Of a DNA stretch of 50,049 nucleotides, positions 1 to 9,168 are shown piece by piece. The first letter of the stretch is position 1. Each line of letters begins with the position of its first letter. The stretch comes from a virus (Duplodnaviria; Caudoviricetes). Both the position numbers and the translations under genes were made by a program. The stretch is taken from IMG/VR virus record IMGVR_UViG_3300012942_000060, positions 1 to 50,049 of that record; one strand, written 5' to 3'. The notes beneath the pieces were generated by a model. It made no database searches, was not told the DNA's origin, and saw only the letters and a program-made list of their open reading frames with translations.

Positions 1-46
1 GAATAATGCGCAGCCTCTCGCGGACAACTTGCGAGACACGATTTCC

Positions 47-123
47 GCACCGGTAGCTCAGTTGGATAGAGTATCTGGCTACGAACCAGAGGGTCGGGGG
101 TTCGAATCCTCCCCGGTGCGCCA
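47..123 (+). tRNA. tRNA-Arg (anticodon ACG), prophage integration target
   Basis: GCACCGG acceptor stem, D-arm TAGCTCAGTTGGATAGAG, anticodon loop CT-ACG-AA, T-arm GTTCGAATC, 3' CCA. Confidence 0.97.
71..123 (+). repeat. attL core (53 bp)
   Basis: Identical to 49927-49979. Confidence 0.96.
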
Positions 124-133
124 GTATTTACAG

Positions 134-160
134 GGGCTCACACGTTAGTGAGCCCTTATT
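134..160. terminator. Hairpin between tRNA and convergent integrase
   Basis: GGGCTCAC-acgtta-GTGAGCCC followed by TTATT. Confidence 0.6.
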
Positions 161-196
161 GTTTCTGCCTCAGAATCAAATCCAGCATCAAAAAGA

Positions 197-1228
197 TCAC
201 CGGGTGGCCTTCTTCTCGCGCGCCAGCCGCTGGTAAATCTGCCTCATCCTCTCCGACTTGTGGCCAGCCCAATGTTCCGTGTCGTCGGTCAACCCTTTGG
301 CCTTGAGATCATGGAAAGTGAATCGTTCCTTCAGCCCATTATTGAGCGCCTTATCCATCAGCCGCCCCCACGCCGTGGAAAACGTGTCGGCGAGAATCGG
401 ACCGCCGTCGGCCCTGTGCAGAAGCCACGGGCTGATGGTGCCCCTGTGGAGCGCCTGCGCGGCTTCGTGAGCCGACCTGAGCCGATCTGACCACAGCGTC
501 ACTTCGGACTCACTTGCCTTTGTGCGGCGCAGAAAAATGCCGCGGTCGCTCACGCCTTCCCGGCGCAATGCCAGTATCTCGCCTCGCCGGGCGCGCATCA
601 GGTACGCCAGCTCCATGGCGATGGCTACGTAATCGGGCGCCATGCCTTGCACCAGGTCAAATTCCCAGTCCTCAACGTAGCGCGTGCGCCCCGGTGTGCT
701 GAAATGCCGCACGCCAGCGCAGGGATTCTCCGTCACAATCTCGCGCTCCACCGCCCATGAGAACGCCGCTGACAGGAATTGCAGGTGCCGATTGGCCTGG
801 GTAGGCGTGGCCTTCATTCTGTCCCGATAGCGCACGATGGTGCCGCGGGTAATCCTCTTGATGTCCGCATCTCCGAACAGTTTGCCTCCCTTTGTCGGCG
901 TGTCGCAGATGGCATCCACATACCGGTCATAGTCCTGCCGTGTGCGGTCGGCGATAGGGCGCACCCTGGGCGCCTTCATGTGCTCGCCCAGCATCCAGCG
1001 CAGCGTGCGGTGAGAGTTGCGGGCGACTTGCCGACTGTAGGCGGCGAGAATGTCGCGGTGCGGTGCCGAGGCGGGCAGTGGGTGATCTTGTTCATCGCGC
1101 AGCGTGACGGTTCTTCCGAATCGGCCAGCACCCAGATATTCGCGCCAGATCACCCGGTCTTTGCTGCGGACCCGGTAGGTATACTCTGGCAGTGCATTGT
1201 CGCGCCGCGACCCGCGATTCCGGCCCAT
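197..1228 (-). CDS. int: Tyrosine recombinase/phage integrase
   Basis: Catalytic R (ARRGEI), HDLKAK, GH and Y near C-terminus; adjacent to att site. Confidence 0.93.
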   Translation of the reverse strand: MGRNRGSRRDNALPEYTYRVRSKDRVIWREYLGAGRFGRTVTLRDEQDHPLPASAPHRDILAAYSRQVARNSHRTLRWMLGEHMKAPRVRPIADRTRQDYDRYVDAICDTPTKGGKLFGDADIKRITRGTIVRYRDRMKATPTQANRHLQFLSAAFSWAVEREIVTENPCAGVRHFSTPGRTRYVEDWEFDLVQGMAPDYVAIAMELAYLMRARRGEILALRREGVSDRGIFLRRTKASESEVTLWSDRLRSAHEAAQALHRGTISPWLLHRADGGPILADTFSTAWGRLMDKALNNGLKERFTFHDLKAKGLTDDTEHWAGHKSERMRQIYQRLAREKKATR

Positions 1229-1425
1229 TACTCGAACTCGATCTCGTCATTGCTGGCGTCAACGCCAGCCCGGTTCATGGCCTCTACCGTGGTTCCTAGT
1301 CGCCCGTCTTTGCCGGTCAAATACCAGACGTGGTTTCGGTCGAGCCAGTTTTGCAGAGCCTTGCGGTGCCGGTACCCGGTCATCTCCATCAGCTCTTCTT
1401 CATAGATCAGCGCAGGGTGGCCCAT
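1228..1425 (-). CDS. Putative excisionase (DUF4224-like)
   Basis: EELMEMTGYRHRKALQNWL winged-HTH-like pattern; directly upstream of int; start re-assigned to ATG 1425. Confidence 0.7.
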   Translation of the reverse strand: MGHPALIYEEELMEMTGYRHRKALQNWLDRNHVWYLTGKDGRLGTTVEAMNRAGVDASNDEIEFE

Positions 1426-1426
1426 G

Positions 1427-1621
1427 TCAACATTCCTCCCGTTCCTCAGCATCTTCCGCTGCGTCTTCCGGTGACTGCCACGCCAGACCGGACGCTCCGT
1501 TAATCTCTGCCTGCTCGTCAGCGGCGTCACGGGCGTAGCGGAGCGCCCATTGCCAGCTCACCCTGGGGTCGAGCTCGCGCACTCGGCGGGCGTAGCGGGT
1601 GGTCCACTCTCGGCGGGTCAT
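1427..1621 (-). CDS. Hypothetical phage protein
   Basis: Coupled ORF in leftward operon. Confidence 0.6.
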   Translation of the reverse strand: MTRREWTTRYARRVRELDPRVSWQWALRYARDAADEQAEINGASGLAWQSPEDAAEDAEEREEC

Positions 1622-2214
1622 TCGTCGCCTCCCTCCGCCATGGCGGCAGCAGCTCCAGCACGGCGGGATTGCCGGCGCGCCTCAGCGATCAGGCTCTTTT
1701 TGTCGCCTTCGAGTTTGAATACCCGTTTGCGCAGGGAATCGAACCTGAGCGCCTTCTCGTACCCCCAATACGGATAGACGCAGCCCCCGCTCTCGCCCTG
1801 CTCGTACTCCTCTCTCAATTCATCGAGGGCGTCACGTCTGCATTGCCCACTGGTGAATACGTAGCAACGAGCCAGTTCCTCGACGCAGGAGTACCCAATA
1901 GATGCGAATCCGGGGTATGGGGTGAGGCATGACCACCAATTATCCTTCACGCTCCTGACGGTTCCATCCTCCATCGTCAGGATCAGCTCTCTCCCCGCGA
2001 AGGCGCGCATTCGTCCTGTCGCTGGCGCGCATCCCAGACAGTTGACGATGGGACCGTCTCGGCCGATCAGGTAGCGCTCGCCGTCGATAGATTCCTCGCG
2101 GTATCTCAGGGCTATTGGGCGGTTGAATACGTAGGCCAGTCCAGCGTTCATCTTGACCAAGGCGACGATTTTCAGGGCGCCTCCCGGCAGCTCGCGGTCT
2201 GTGCGCTCAGTCAT
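1618..2214 (-). CDS. Hypothetical phage protein
   Basis: 198 aa ORF, overlaps both neighbours. Confidence 0.7.
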   Translation of the reverse strand: MTERTDRELPGGALKIVALVKMNAGLAYVFNRPIALRYREESIDGERYLIGRDGPIVNCLGCAPATGRMRAFAGRELILTMEDGTVRSVKDNWWSCLTPYPGFASIGYSCVEELARCYVFTSGQCRRDALDELREEYEQGESGGCVYPYWGYEKALRFDSLRKRVFKLEGDKKSLIAEARRQSRRAGAAAAMAEGGDE

Positions 2215-2524
2215 TGGGGTGCTCCTCGTTGTCGTGCACCACGCGCAGGTCCAGAGCGCGGTACAGATAGCGCAGTCCCTTATCGTTCAGCCAGAAATCG
2301 CCGATGATGTCGCCCTCGGCGTCCAGAATGTCGCAGATGCCAGTCGCGTCGGCCTCGCGCTCCGGCACACCAGAGAAAGCCTCGCACCGCCGCGCGTAAA
2401 TCGAGCAGCCGGCCCGTGGTCCTCTGGGGAAAGTGGTGGCGGTGTATTCACGCAGTTGTCCGCCTGGCATAAACCTCACCGGGCGCAATGCGTGAGCCTC
2501 TGTTGGGATAGTCAGGTTAGTCAT
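2207..2524 (-). CDS. Hypothetical phage protein
   Basis: Start MTNLTIP overlaps stop of upstream gene (ATGA). Confidence 0.6.
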   Translation of the reverse strand: MTNLTIPTEAHALRPVRFMPGGQLREYTATTFPRGPRAGCSIYARRCEAFSGVPEREADATGICDILDAEGDIIGDFWLNDKGLRYLYRALDLRVVHDNEEHPND

Positions 2525-2805
2525 CGTAGCGCCCCCCCCGCGCACTTCGGGCAGGGGCACGAAATGCCGTGGATGCAAACGCGGCCCTGCGTGTTGATTC
2601 CGGTGCCGTGGCAGTCTGGGCACTGATCGTGCAGACAGGGCCTCCACCCGCCACCGCCGAACACTTTTTCCAAGTGCTGGCGCTTGCGCTCGGCCAGTCG
2701 CGCTTCGTATTCCTCAATGCGGCGGCGCTGCCGGGCTGAATGGCCCAGTCTAAGCGCTGTTTCCGTGAGCGGCGTGGTGGTCCAGCATTCACTTGCTTTG
2801 GCCAT
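2521..2805 (-). CDS. Small Cys-rich, probable zinc-binding protein
   Basis: CPDCHGTG...CIHGISCPCPKC; SD GGAGGAG before ATG 2805. Confidence 0.65.
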   Translation of the reverse strand: MAKASECWTTTPLTETALRLGHSARQRRRIEEYEARLAERKRQHLEKVFGGGGWRPCLHDQCPDCHGTGINTQGRVCIHGISCPCPKCAGGALR

Positions 2806-2989
2806 CGCGGTGCTCCTCCCAGTCCAGTGCATCGTATTTCCCCGTCAGAACGCCCCAGGCGAGGACGATCCGCACCCGCCAGCCTTCCAGCTTGTGGTTC
2901 TCCGGGCGGGCTGGGGGCAGATCCAGCGTTCCAGGTGGGATGCGAAAGGCGTTCCAGTTTTTGATTGCTCTTGCGGTGTACTTAGACAT
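2789..2989 (-). CDS. Hypothetical phage protein
   Basis: SD GAGAGG, coupled to neighbours. Confidence 0.55.
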   Translation of the reverse strand: MSKYTARAIKNWNAFRIPPGTLDLPPARPENHKLEGWRVRIVLAWGVLTGKYDALDWEEHRDGQSK

Positions 2990-3344
2990 GGCCTCTCTCC
3001 TGTTCATCCGAAACGAGAAGCCAGCCAGTTACCCGTTTCACCGGCATTCCGTATCCTCGGTTCTGGGTCCAGCACATGTCCCCCTCTCGGATCAGCACGG
3101 CCCATCCGTGTTCCGGGTCGTGTGCGTATTGGCCCGCGTGCTCACGAACCAGGATCTTTGCTCCTTCCGGCGGTAGTCCGACATTCCAGCCAAGCCTGAC
3201 GCTTCGGCGCATCTCGCGGCCCTCGCCGAACCGCCACATGGCTGTCCGGTACCAGTCTCCAGCGACGGAGAAGCACGCGGAGCCCGCCATAATCAGCAGC
3301 AAGATGGTTGCGGCGAGTCCTACGCCGATCATTACTGTTTCCAT
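2982..3344 (-). CDS. Hypothetical membrane-anchored protein
   Basis: N-terminal hydrophobic helix, SD AGGAGG. Confidence 0.6.
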   Translation of the reverse strand: METVMIGVGLAATILLLIMAGSACFSVAGDWYRTAMWRFGEGREMRRSVRLGWNVGLPPEGAKILVREHAGQYAHDPEHGWAVLIREGDMCWTQNRGYGMPVKRVTGWLLVSDEQERGHV

Positions 3345-3538
3345 CGCTGTTCCTCCTGCCTGGCAGCTTTACGGGCAGCCCGGTACTTCCGGCAGTGCTC
3401 CACCGAGCAAAACTCTTTGCCGGTGGGGTTTTTCCGGTGGCAGTAGGGGCAGTAGTGGTTCTGCTCCGGCAGGGTGTAGCCCCTGGGGGCAACGATGGCC
3501 TCCGCCATCGCCCCAGCAATCAAAGACCACGGGTTCAT
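3332..3538 (-). CDS. Small zinc-ribbon protein
   Basis: CPYC...FCSVEHC. Confidence 0.6.
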   Translation of the reverse strand: MNPWSLIAGAMAEAIVAPRGYTLPEQNHYCPYCHRKNPTGKEFCSVEHCRKYRAARKAARQEEQRWKQ

Positions 3539-4878
3539 GCGTCACCTCCGGCGCGGACCGCCCGGACGCAAGCGCGAAAGCTGCGGCGGTTGCCGTTGAC
3601 AAGGCCGACGCCGAAGTTGACGATCCAACGGGCGTCTTCATTCCAGGCGCAGGGTGTGCTGGTCCAGTACCAAGCGCTGCGGGTATCGGGGAATTGACCG
3701 ACATCGATGGCCGGATCGTGCCGGCTCAGGTCCAGCAGCGATTCCAATTCCTGGCGGGTGGGCAGCCGCCAGCCAGGACCAAGCTCGGCGACGGCTTTTT
3801 CAGCCGCCTCGTAATTAATTGAATTGCCGTCCAGTAGGGTGGCGCTCCACTCCAGTGGTGTCCCTTTGACGCCGTTCTCGGCGGTCAGCCGCCGTGGCAT
3901 CAGAACGCGGTCGTCCAACCCATCAGGATCGCTTACAGGTTGCTGGGCAGCCCTTAGCGGTGAATCCGCGAATCCGATGCGATTCAGGTAACCCGTTGCC
4001 CACGCGGACAATTCGCTGTCTGGTGTGACTTTACGTAGTGCATAGGCAAGTCGGCGGACCAGTGCCACCAAGTTACCTGCCTGCTCGCTCGTCACATCGT
4101 CGTACAGATCAGCTTCGTGGCCTCGCTGCATTGCCTCGAAATCGCCCGGCTCTGCGGGTTCGTCCATGATGTCGGGCTGGGCAGGTGCGGCAGGCGCAGC
4201 GGCGAGCATCGTCTTGTAGGTCCGGGCTACCTGCTTGCGATGGATTTGAGCGACACTTTCCGCTGTGCGCCGACGTGCTTCATTTTCCTCCGGCCCCGCG
4301 TCTTCCAAGCTCATCCCCACGGGTACGGCCAGCTCCAGCATTTCTGCTGTCGGCTCCACCGGCACCAGCTTCCAACCCTCCGGTACCACTACCTGAACGG
4401 GTGCAGCGGAGAGCATGTGCTTTGCGATGGCGCGGAGCACCTCTGGCGCATCATCGACTGGAACCTCGCCAGCAGCGATCTGGAGCCAGTCATATCCTTC
4501 GGCTGCAACGTCTGACGGGAGAGCAGTCACTACGATCTGGGGCGCGGGGTGGGATCGGCGCAGAGCGCAGCGGATCAGTTCGGCGTCGTCTTGCCGGTTT
4601 TGGGCGCCACGGTAGCTGCGCTCATAGTTGTCATGTACCAGGTTGTCCAGGACATCCAGGACGTTATCCGGCACCGCCTCCCCCTCGGCATGGGAGAGGG
4701 CGCCCACCAAGTCGGCTCGCACATACTCGACTTCTTGACCGCCCACCTGCGTCGAGCACCAGGTGAGCTCCACGTCGGCAAGGTCAGGGCACGGCTCGCT
4801 CCTGTCGTTCGGGTCGCCACTCGGGTCAATCTGTAACCAGATGCGCTCGGGAGCAGTTGTGGTCATTGTGTCAGTCAT
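3535..4878 (-). CDS. Mosaic Eaa/Ead-like protein with C-terminal DUF1566 (Lcl, C-type-lectin fold) domain
   Basis: VPEGWKLVPVEPTAEML segment; C-terminal GWRLPTRQELESL...WYWTST...WIVNFGVG...CVRAVR. Confidence 0.8.
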   Translation of the reverse strand: MTDTMTTTAPERIWLQIDPSGDPNDRSEPCPDLADVELTWCSTQVGGQEVEYVRADLVGALSHAEGEAVPDNVLDVLDNLVHDNYERSYRGAQNRQDDAELIRCALRRSHPAPQIVVTALPSDVAAEGYDWLQIAAGEVPVDDAPEVLRAIAKHMLSAAPVQVVVPEGWKLVPVEPTAEMLELAVPVGMSLEDAGPEENEARRRTAESVAQIHRKQVARTYKTMLAAAPAAPAQPDIMDEPAEPGDFEAMQRGHEADLYDDVTSEQAGNLVALVRRLAYALRKVTPDSELSAWATGYLNRIGFADSPLRAAQQPVSDPDGLDDRVLMPRRLTAENGVKGTPLEWSATLLDGNSINYEAAEKAVAELGPGWRLPTRQELESLLDLSRHDPAIDVGQFPDTRSAWYWTSTPCAWNEDARWIVNFGVGLVNGNRRSFRACVRAVRAGGDA

Positions 4879-5302
4879 TACGCGCCTCCTGGCGGTCCAG
4901 TCGCTCAATTTCGGCAATGATCAGGGCGGCGGCTTTGATCATGTCGCGGCGCGGTGTCGATGGCTTCCACCATTCTGGCGATAAGGGCCATAAGCCGGGG
5001 ACTTCAACGTCGCTCAGGTCGTCGCCATTAAGTTCCAGCGTGGCATACGTGGCGTATGAAGCTGCCGCCACGACCAGCGCACCAGTGGGGTGCTGGTCAT
5101 CGTGCTCCGGGGTCCAGCCCTCGACCGTGATCTGCCGGTGGCGCTCGTTGAGCACGTCGCGGCCTGCTGACGACACAGCATAGGACAGCACGCAGCGCTC
5201 GATGTCGTCGAGGTCCGAGTCCATGCAGGTAACGTTGTGCTCCTGTCTCAGCAGGCCGAACAGCTCCTGCCGGCCCTGTTGGTATCTCGTTTGCTTAGTC
5301 AT
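4871..5302 (-). CDS. Conserved phage protein
   Basis: DVLNERHRQITVEGWTPEHDD...WWKPSTPRRDMIKAAALIIAEIERLDR, a module common in proteobacterial phages. Confidence 0.75.
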   Translation of the reverse strand: MTKQTRYQQGRQELFGLLRQEHNVTCMDSDLDDIERCVLSYAVSSAGRDVLNERHRQITVEGWTPEHDDQHPTGALVVAAASYATYATLELNGDDLSDVEVPGLWPLSPEWWKPSTPRRDMIKAAALIIAEIERLDRQEARND

Positions 5303-5380
5303 CTCGATCTCCTATCAGGTAGAGGGTTGCGGCGATGATCGCTAGCGCCAACAGGGCGTACAGGATTGCGGTGGTTGGGT

Positions 5381-5650
5381 TCATGCCGACCCCTTTTTCT
5401 TCATCTTCGTGATCTGACCCTTGAGGGATGAAATTCGCCGCTCCAGGTGCTCAATCTCTGAGGAACGAGACTCGCAGGCCCGCTCTAAAAAGCGGTTTCT
5501 ATCCAGTAGATCGTTGTATCGCCGGGCCATGGCCTCTGTAGCATCGGCGATGCGGAGCAGGGTGCCCACCTTCAGCTCATCCCGCGTGAGTCCGGGGTTT
5601 TCGCTCGCCCATTCTCTCCGGCTTGCACTTCTCAGATTCTGACCGTTCAT
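5381..5650 (-). CDS. Hypothetical coiled-coil protein
   Basis: SD GGAGG, LLRIADATEAMA, C-terminal coiled coil. Confidence 0.65.
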   Translation of the reverse strand: MNGQNLRSASRREWASENPGLTRDELKVGTLLRIADATEAMARRYNDLLDRNRFLERACESRSSEIEHLERRISSLKGQITKMKKKGSA

Positions 5651-5948
5651 GCTGCCTCCAATTCGTGGTGGGTCTTTTCCCGGTGTGCCTAGACTTGGTG
5701 AACTTCACCATTCACTGCATCAGCGGAGCGATCCTGGTGGCCACTCCAGCGGCTCAGTCACCCCGAACCGCACAGGATCGCTCCCTGATGCAGGCTGCTT
5801 ACGGCAGCCACTCGGGCGGATCACGCTTTAGTTCGCTCACCCTCGCATCGGACGTTGCAACGTCCGATGCGAAAATGAGACAGGAGCCTTCCCTGATGGG
5901 CGCTCCGCCTGCCGGTGTTATTAGCCCCACCGCCGGCTGGGGTAGTGA

Positions 5949-7622
5949 TCAAAACGGCGCGGCCTCTTCCGATTTCTCTTTGCTGTCCGATGCTTGCAGT
6001 GCGATGCCGGCGTACTTGGCCAGCAGCTCCGGAAATGCTCCGCGCAGTCGAGCGCGGTTGTCTTGGTCTGCGCGAGCCCACGCAACACCCAGGGCTCGAG
6101 CGAATCCGCCGCCGTACTGTTGCATGGCTTCGATGGCCAGGGACTCAGCATCAACGCTGAACGCCGGTGTTGGCGCGGGCTCGGCCTTTTCAGGTTGGGG
6201 GGCTGCCATGTGCGATTTCGCTTCCGCTTCCTGCGCTCGGCTTGCATCCTCCTGTGCGGCTTGCTCCGCTTTCGCCTGCTCTTCGGCTCGGATGCGTTCA
6301 CGCTCACGATCTGCAATGGATTCGGCCTCACGCTGCCGGCGTTCGGATTCATCGGTGATACGCGCCTTGATCACTGCGGCCAGGTCTTCCGGCGCCTTGA
6401 GTACGAGTTGTTGGCGGTCGGCAAACAGGTGAGCGTGGCCAGCGTCAGCCAGGGTCTTGAGGTTCGCGCGGATACGGCCGGCGACCTGGCTGGCTTCGAT
6501 CTTCACGCGCGCCACTTCATCGTCGGCGGCGCTGCGCAGCGTCTCGACCGTGCGCTTGCCTTTCATCGCGGCATTGAAATCGGAGACGATCATCGGCAGC
6601 CGAACGCCGTCCAGCGTCTCGTTGATCTGTGCGATGTGTGTATCGACGGCTCGACGGGCAGCCGTGGCGATTTCGATTTTGATGGCCTTCTTGGCCTCTT
6701 TGATCAGCTTCTCGGCCATCAGACGGTTGTCTCTGGTCAGCTTGTAGAGCTGGTCTTTCATCCGCTTCGCGGCGTCCACAGCCTCGACTTGTGACAGCAG
6801 CTGGGCTTCGGCAGACTCAAGCGCGGCTTCGGCTTTCTTGAGCGTCTTGACCTGGGCCTCCAGATCGGCGAAGTCCTGATCCGTTTTCGGGTCCGTAATC
6901 AGTATGTTGTCGATGAAATGGTGCAGATGCTCGCCGAACTCGGCGAAGTTGTCGGCGATGGTCAGCTCGCCAGATACGCGAACCCGGACGGCGGGCAGGT
7001 CTTCCGGTGTATCGGCCACTGGGGCGGACTCCCGCACGGCGGGGGCGTGCTCGGCCAGGTCTTTGTCGAACTGCTGCCAGCCTTCTACTAATGCGCCGAA
7101 ATTGCGGCTCACGGAATCGCGCCCGACATCCAGTACTCGCCGCTTTTCTGTCGTGCCGTCGCTGACGACGTACAAGCAGCGATCAGCGCCAGATACAGCC
7201 ATCTGGTGGACCACCTGCCAGTAATCGGTCTCTGGTATCTCCTGAGCGTCGATCGCGTCAGCCTTGATCTGGTTCCACAGCTTATGCTCAAAGATGATCT
7301 TGCCGTCCATTGTGATGCCGTCGAAGCTGGCCGACAGGTAGCCGTCATCGGTGGTGCCGATCACCGGGAACAGGTCCTCGCCAAGCTCCTCTTCGGTGAT
7401 GGCGCGAGCCAGGGCCTCGACCCGGTGGCCTTCGTCGAATCGCCTTTGCGTGGCTGCATCCACGTCCGGCACGATGCCGGTGGCGCGCTCATCGAGTAAC
7501 TGGGTGCGCGTCTTATACTTGCTCACCCCTATCATGGCCGGGGCATCGCTGGCGTTGCGGCTGCTGGCTCGATGGGCCAGCCATTCCGGAGAGCCCTGGA
7601 TTAAGCCCTTTACGATTTTCAT
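5949..7622 (-). CDS. YqaJ/lambda-exonuclease family recombination nuclease
   Basis: QGSPEWLAHR...ASDAPAMIG, SASFDG, FEHK, YWQVVHQMAV. Confidence 0.9.
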   Translation of the reverse strand: MKIVKGLIQGSPEWLAHRASSRNASDAPAMIGVSKYKTRTQLLDERATGIVPDVDAATQRRFDEGHRVEALARAITEEELGEDLFPVIGTTDDGYLSASFDGITMDGKIIFEHKLWNQIKADAIDAQEIPETDYWQVVHQMAVSGADRCLYVVSDGTTEKRRVLDVGRDSVSRNFGALVEGWQQFDKDLAEHAPAVRESAPVADTPEDLPAVRVRVSGELTIADNFAEFGEHLHHFIDNILITDPKTDQDFADLEAQVKTLKKAEAALESAEAQLLSQVEAVDAAKRMKDQLYKLTRDNRLMAEKLIKEAKKAIKIEIATAARRAVDTHIAQINETLDGVRLPMIVSDFNAAMKGKRTVETLRSAADDEVARVKIEASQVAGRIRANLKTLADAGHAHLFADRQQLVLKAPEDLAAVIKARITDESERRQREAESIADRERERIRAEEQAKAEQAAQEDASRAQEAEAKSHMAAPQPEKAEPAPTPAFSVDAESLAIEAMQQYGGGFARALGVAWARADQDNRARLRGAFPELLAKYAGIALQASDSKEKSEEAAPF

Positions 7623-8419
7623 TGCATCTCTCCTTCGATTGCTTCGGCATCGCGCAGGGCGTCGGCCTGCTCGTCCGCGATTTGATATTTCGCGCCCAGC
7701 ATGGACAGGGCGGTTTCCGCATCGGTCATGCCGTTCCGGATGGCTTCGACGGTTTGTTGCAGCTTCTCGGACGGCAGGTCCGGCATTTCCGGCTCGACAA
7801 CCTGGGCCGGGCCCATGTCGCGCTCCCGCTGTTCGTCGATGCGATGCGCTTCGTCATCGTCGAAGATGCCGACGAAACCGAACGCCAGGCGGGCGCACTG
7901 GATCATTGCCTTGTGGCGCAAGAAACGTTTGGTGTGGGTTTGCCACGGACCTTTCATGCCGGTCTTGAATGGGGCTCGGTAAACCTCGTCCAGATACTCA
8001 CGGACGATCACGGGCCGACTGCGGTCTTTCCGATACATGACGCACTCCACCCACTCATGGCAGGGCGAATCACATCCGGTCGGCGTGGTTGTTGCTTCGG
8101 AGTAGCGGAACTCCATGCCGTCAAACTGAGGATGGCTGTTGATGATCCGGCTCCAGCCATCCACGCCCACCACCGGCACAATCCCGTTCTGCTTGTCCGG
8201 AAAGGCGTAAATCTCACGGGTAAATGGGTTCAGCTTGTACTGATCGGCCACCACCAGCAGGGCCATCATTTGCTCATTGCTGGGCGCGCTGCCGTCGCGC
8301 TGCTTGAACGCTGTTGCCGCCAGCGTCGTCATCATCTTGCTGGCGTCCACGGCATAGCGATCCGCGAATTTGACCAGAAGGCTTTTGCCTTCTTTTTTTG
8401 CTGCCACCGCGTTACTCAT
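7619..8419 (-). CDS. bet: Phage recombination protein Bet (RecT family annealase)
   Basis: QYKLNPFTREIYAFPDK, VVGVDGWSRIINSHPQFDG, RFLRHKAMIQCARLAFG. Confidence 0.93.
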   Translation of the reverse strand: MSNAVAAKKEGKSLLVKFADRYAVDASKMMTTLAATAFKQRDGSAPSNEQMMALLVVADQYKLNPFTREIYAFPDKQNGIVPVVGVDGWSRIINSHPQFDGMEFRYSEATTTPTGCDSPCHEWVECVMYRKDRSRPVIVREYLDEVYRAPFKTGMKGPWQTHTKRFLRHKAMIQCARLAFGFVGIFDDDEAHRIDEQRERDMGPAQVVEPEMPDLPSEKLQQTVEAIRNGMTDAETALSMLGAKYQIADEQADALRDAEAIEGEMQ

Positions 8420-8576
8420 TGGTTTCCCCTGTCATTTCTTCGATCAGACGGATGGCCCGCGCCCGTGCGTCCATCTCGCCCTCGGTAAGCTCGATGCCGT
8501 GCGCCAAGTCCGCGTCCACGGTCTGCTCCAGCAGGTAGTTCAGCGCGTCGCACAGTCTCTGCTCGTTGCGCGTCAT
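8412..8576 (-). CDS. Hypothetical phage protein
   Basis: Coupled small ORF with SD AGGAG. Confidence 0.55.
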   Translation of the reverse strand: MTRNEQRLCDALNYLLEQTVDADLAHGIELTEGEMDARARAIRLIEEMTGETNE

Positions 8577-8767
8577 GATTTCTTCTCCTTGCACTTGATG
8601 TGGTTGGCCCGCAGATAGCCCTCGGGCCACGCTCCGGCGGCGACCATGGCGCAGGCGTAGTGTTCTTGCGCCTTCTGCATCTGGTAGTCCTGCTCGCCAA
8701 TGGCGGCGTACAGGGCGAGAAAAAGCACAATGACGACGCTTCCGAGAATCACGTTGCCGTAGCTCAT
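8573..8767 (-). CDS. Small membrane protein
   Basis: Hydrophobic N-terminus, YACAMVAAGAWP. Confidence 0.6.
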   Translation of the reverse strand: MSYGNVILGSVVIVLFLALYAAIGEQDYQMQKAQEHYACAMVAAGAWPEGYLRANHIKCKEKKS

Positions 8768-9168
8768 GGAGTCACCTCCGCGTAGAAGTTGTGGCCGCCT
8801 TCGCTCAGGCTCACGCGCATGTTGCGAGCCCAATCAGGCTGCTCCGTGGTGGCGGTGTAGTGCAGTGCCCCGTCAGTGGGATCGACGGCGATGCCATCGC
8901 TCACAGCTCGAACGAACCAGCGAGCAAATCGCCTGATGCGCTGCCAGGCGCACCGATCCGGTGCGCCATCCGGATGAACGGCCCAGTGGTGTGCCGTCCA
9001 TGAAAACTGGTGTGGCTGGCGAATCACCGCGCATACCGTGTCCGGGTATTGCGGCGCCTCGACCCGGTTCTGCACCACCCAGGCGATGGCGTACCACTCG
9101 CCCAGGACGTGGCTGCCGCGCGCCTCGTAGTAGAGGTTGATGGCGAGACAGAGGGCGGCGGCGCTCAC
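8764..9168 (-). CDS. SleB-like cell wall hydrolase (Hydrolase_2)
   Basis: CLAINLYYEARG, VVQNRV, YPDTVCAVIRQPHQFSW, DPTDGALHY, GGHNFY. Confidence 0.88.
   Translation of the reverse strand: MSAAALCLAINLYYEARGSHVLGEWYAIAWVVQNRVEAPQYPDTVCAVIRQPHQFSWTAHHWAVHPDGAPDRCAWQRIRRFARWFVRAVSDGIAVDPTDGALHYTATTEQPDWARNMRVSLSEGGHNFYAEVTP

Noticed and set aside
2517-2832. Apparent frameshift between two overlapping minus-strand ORFs
   Set aside because: ATG at 2805 with SD GGAGGAG gives an intact gene 2521-2805.
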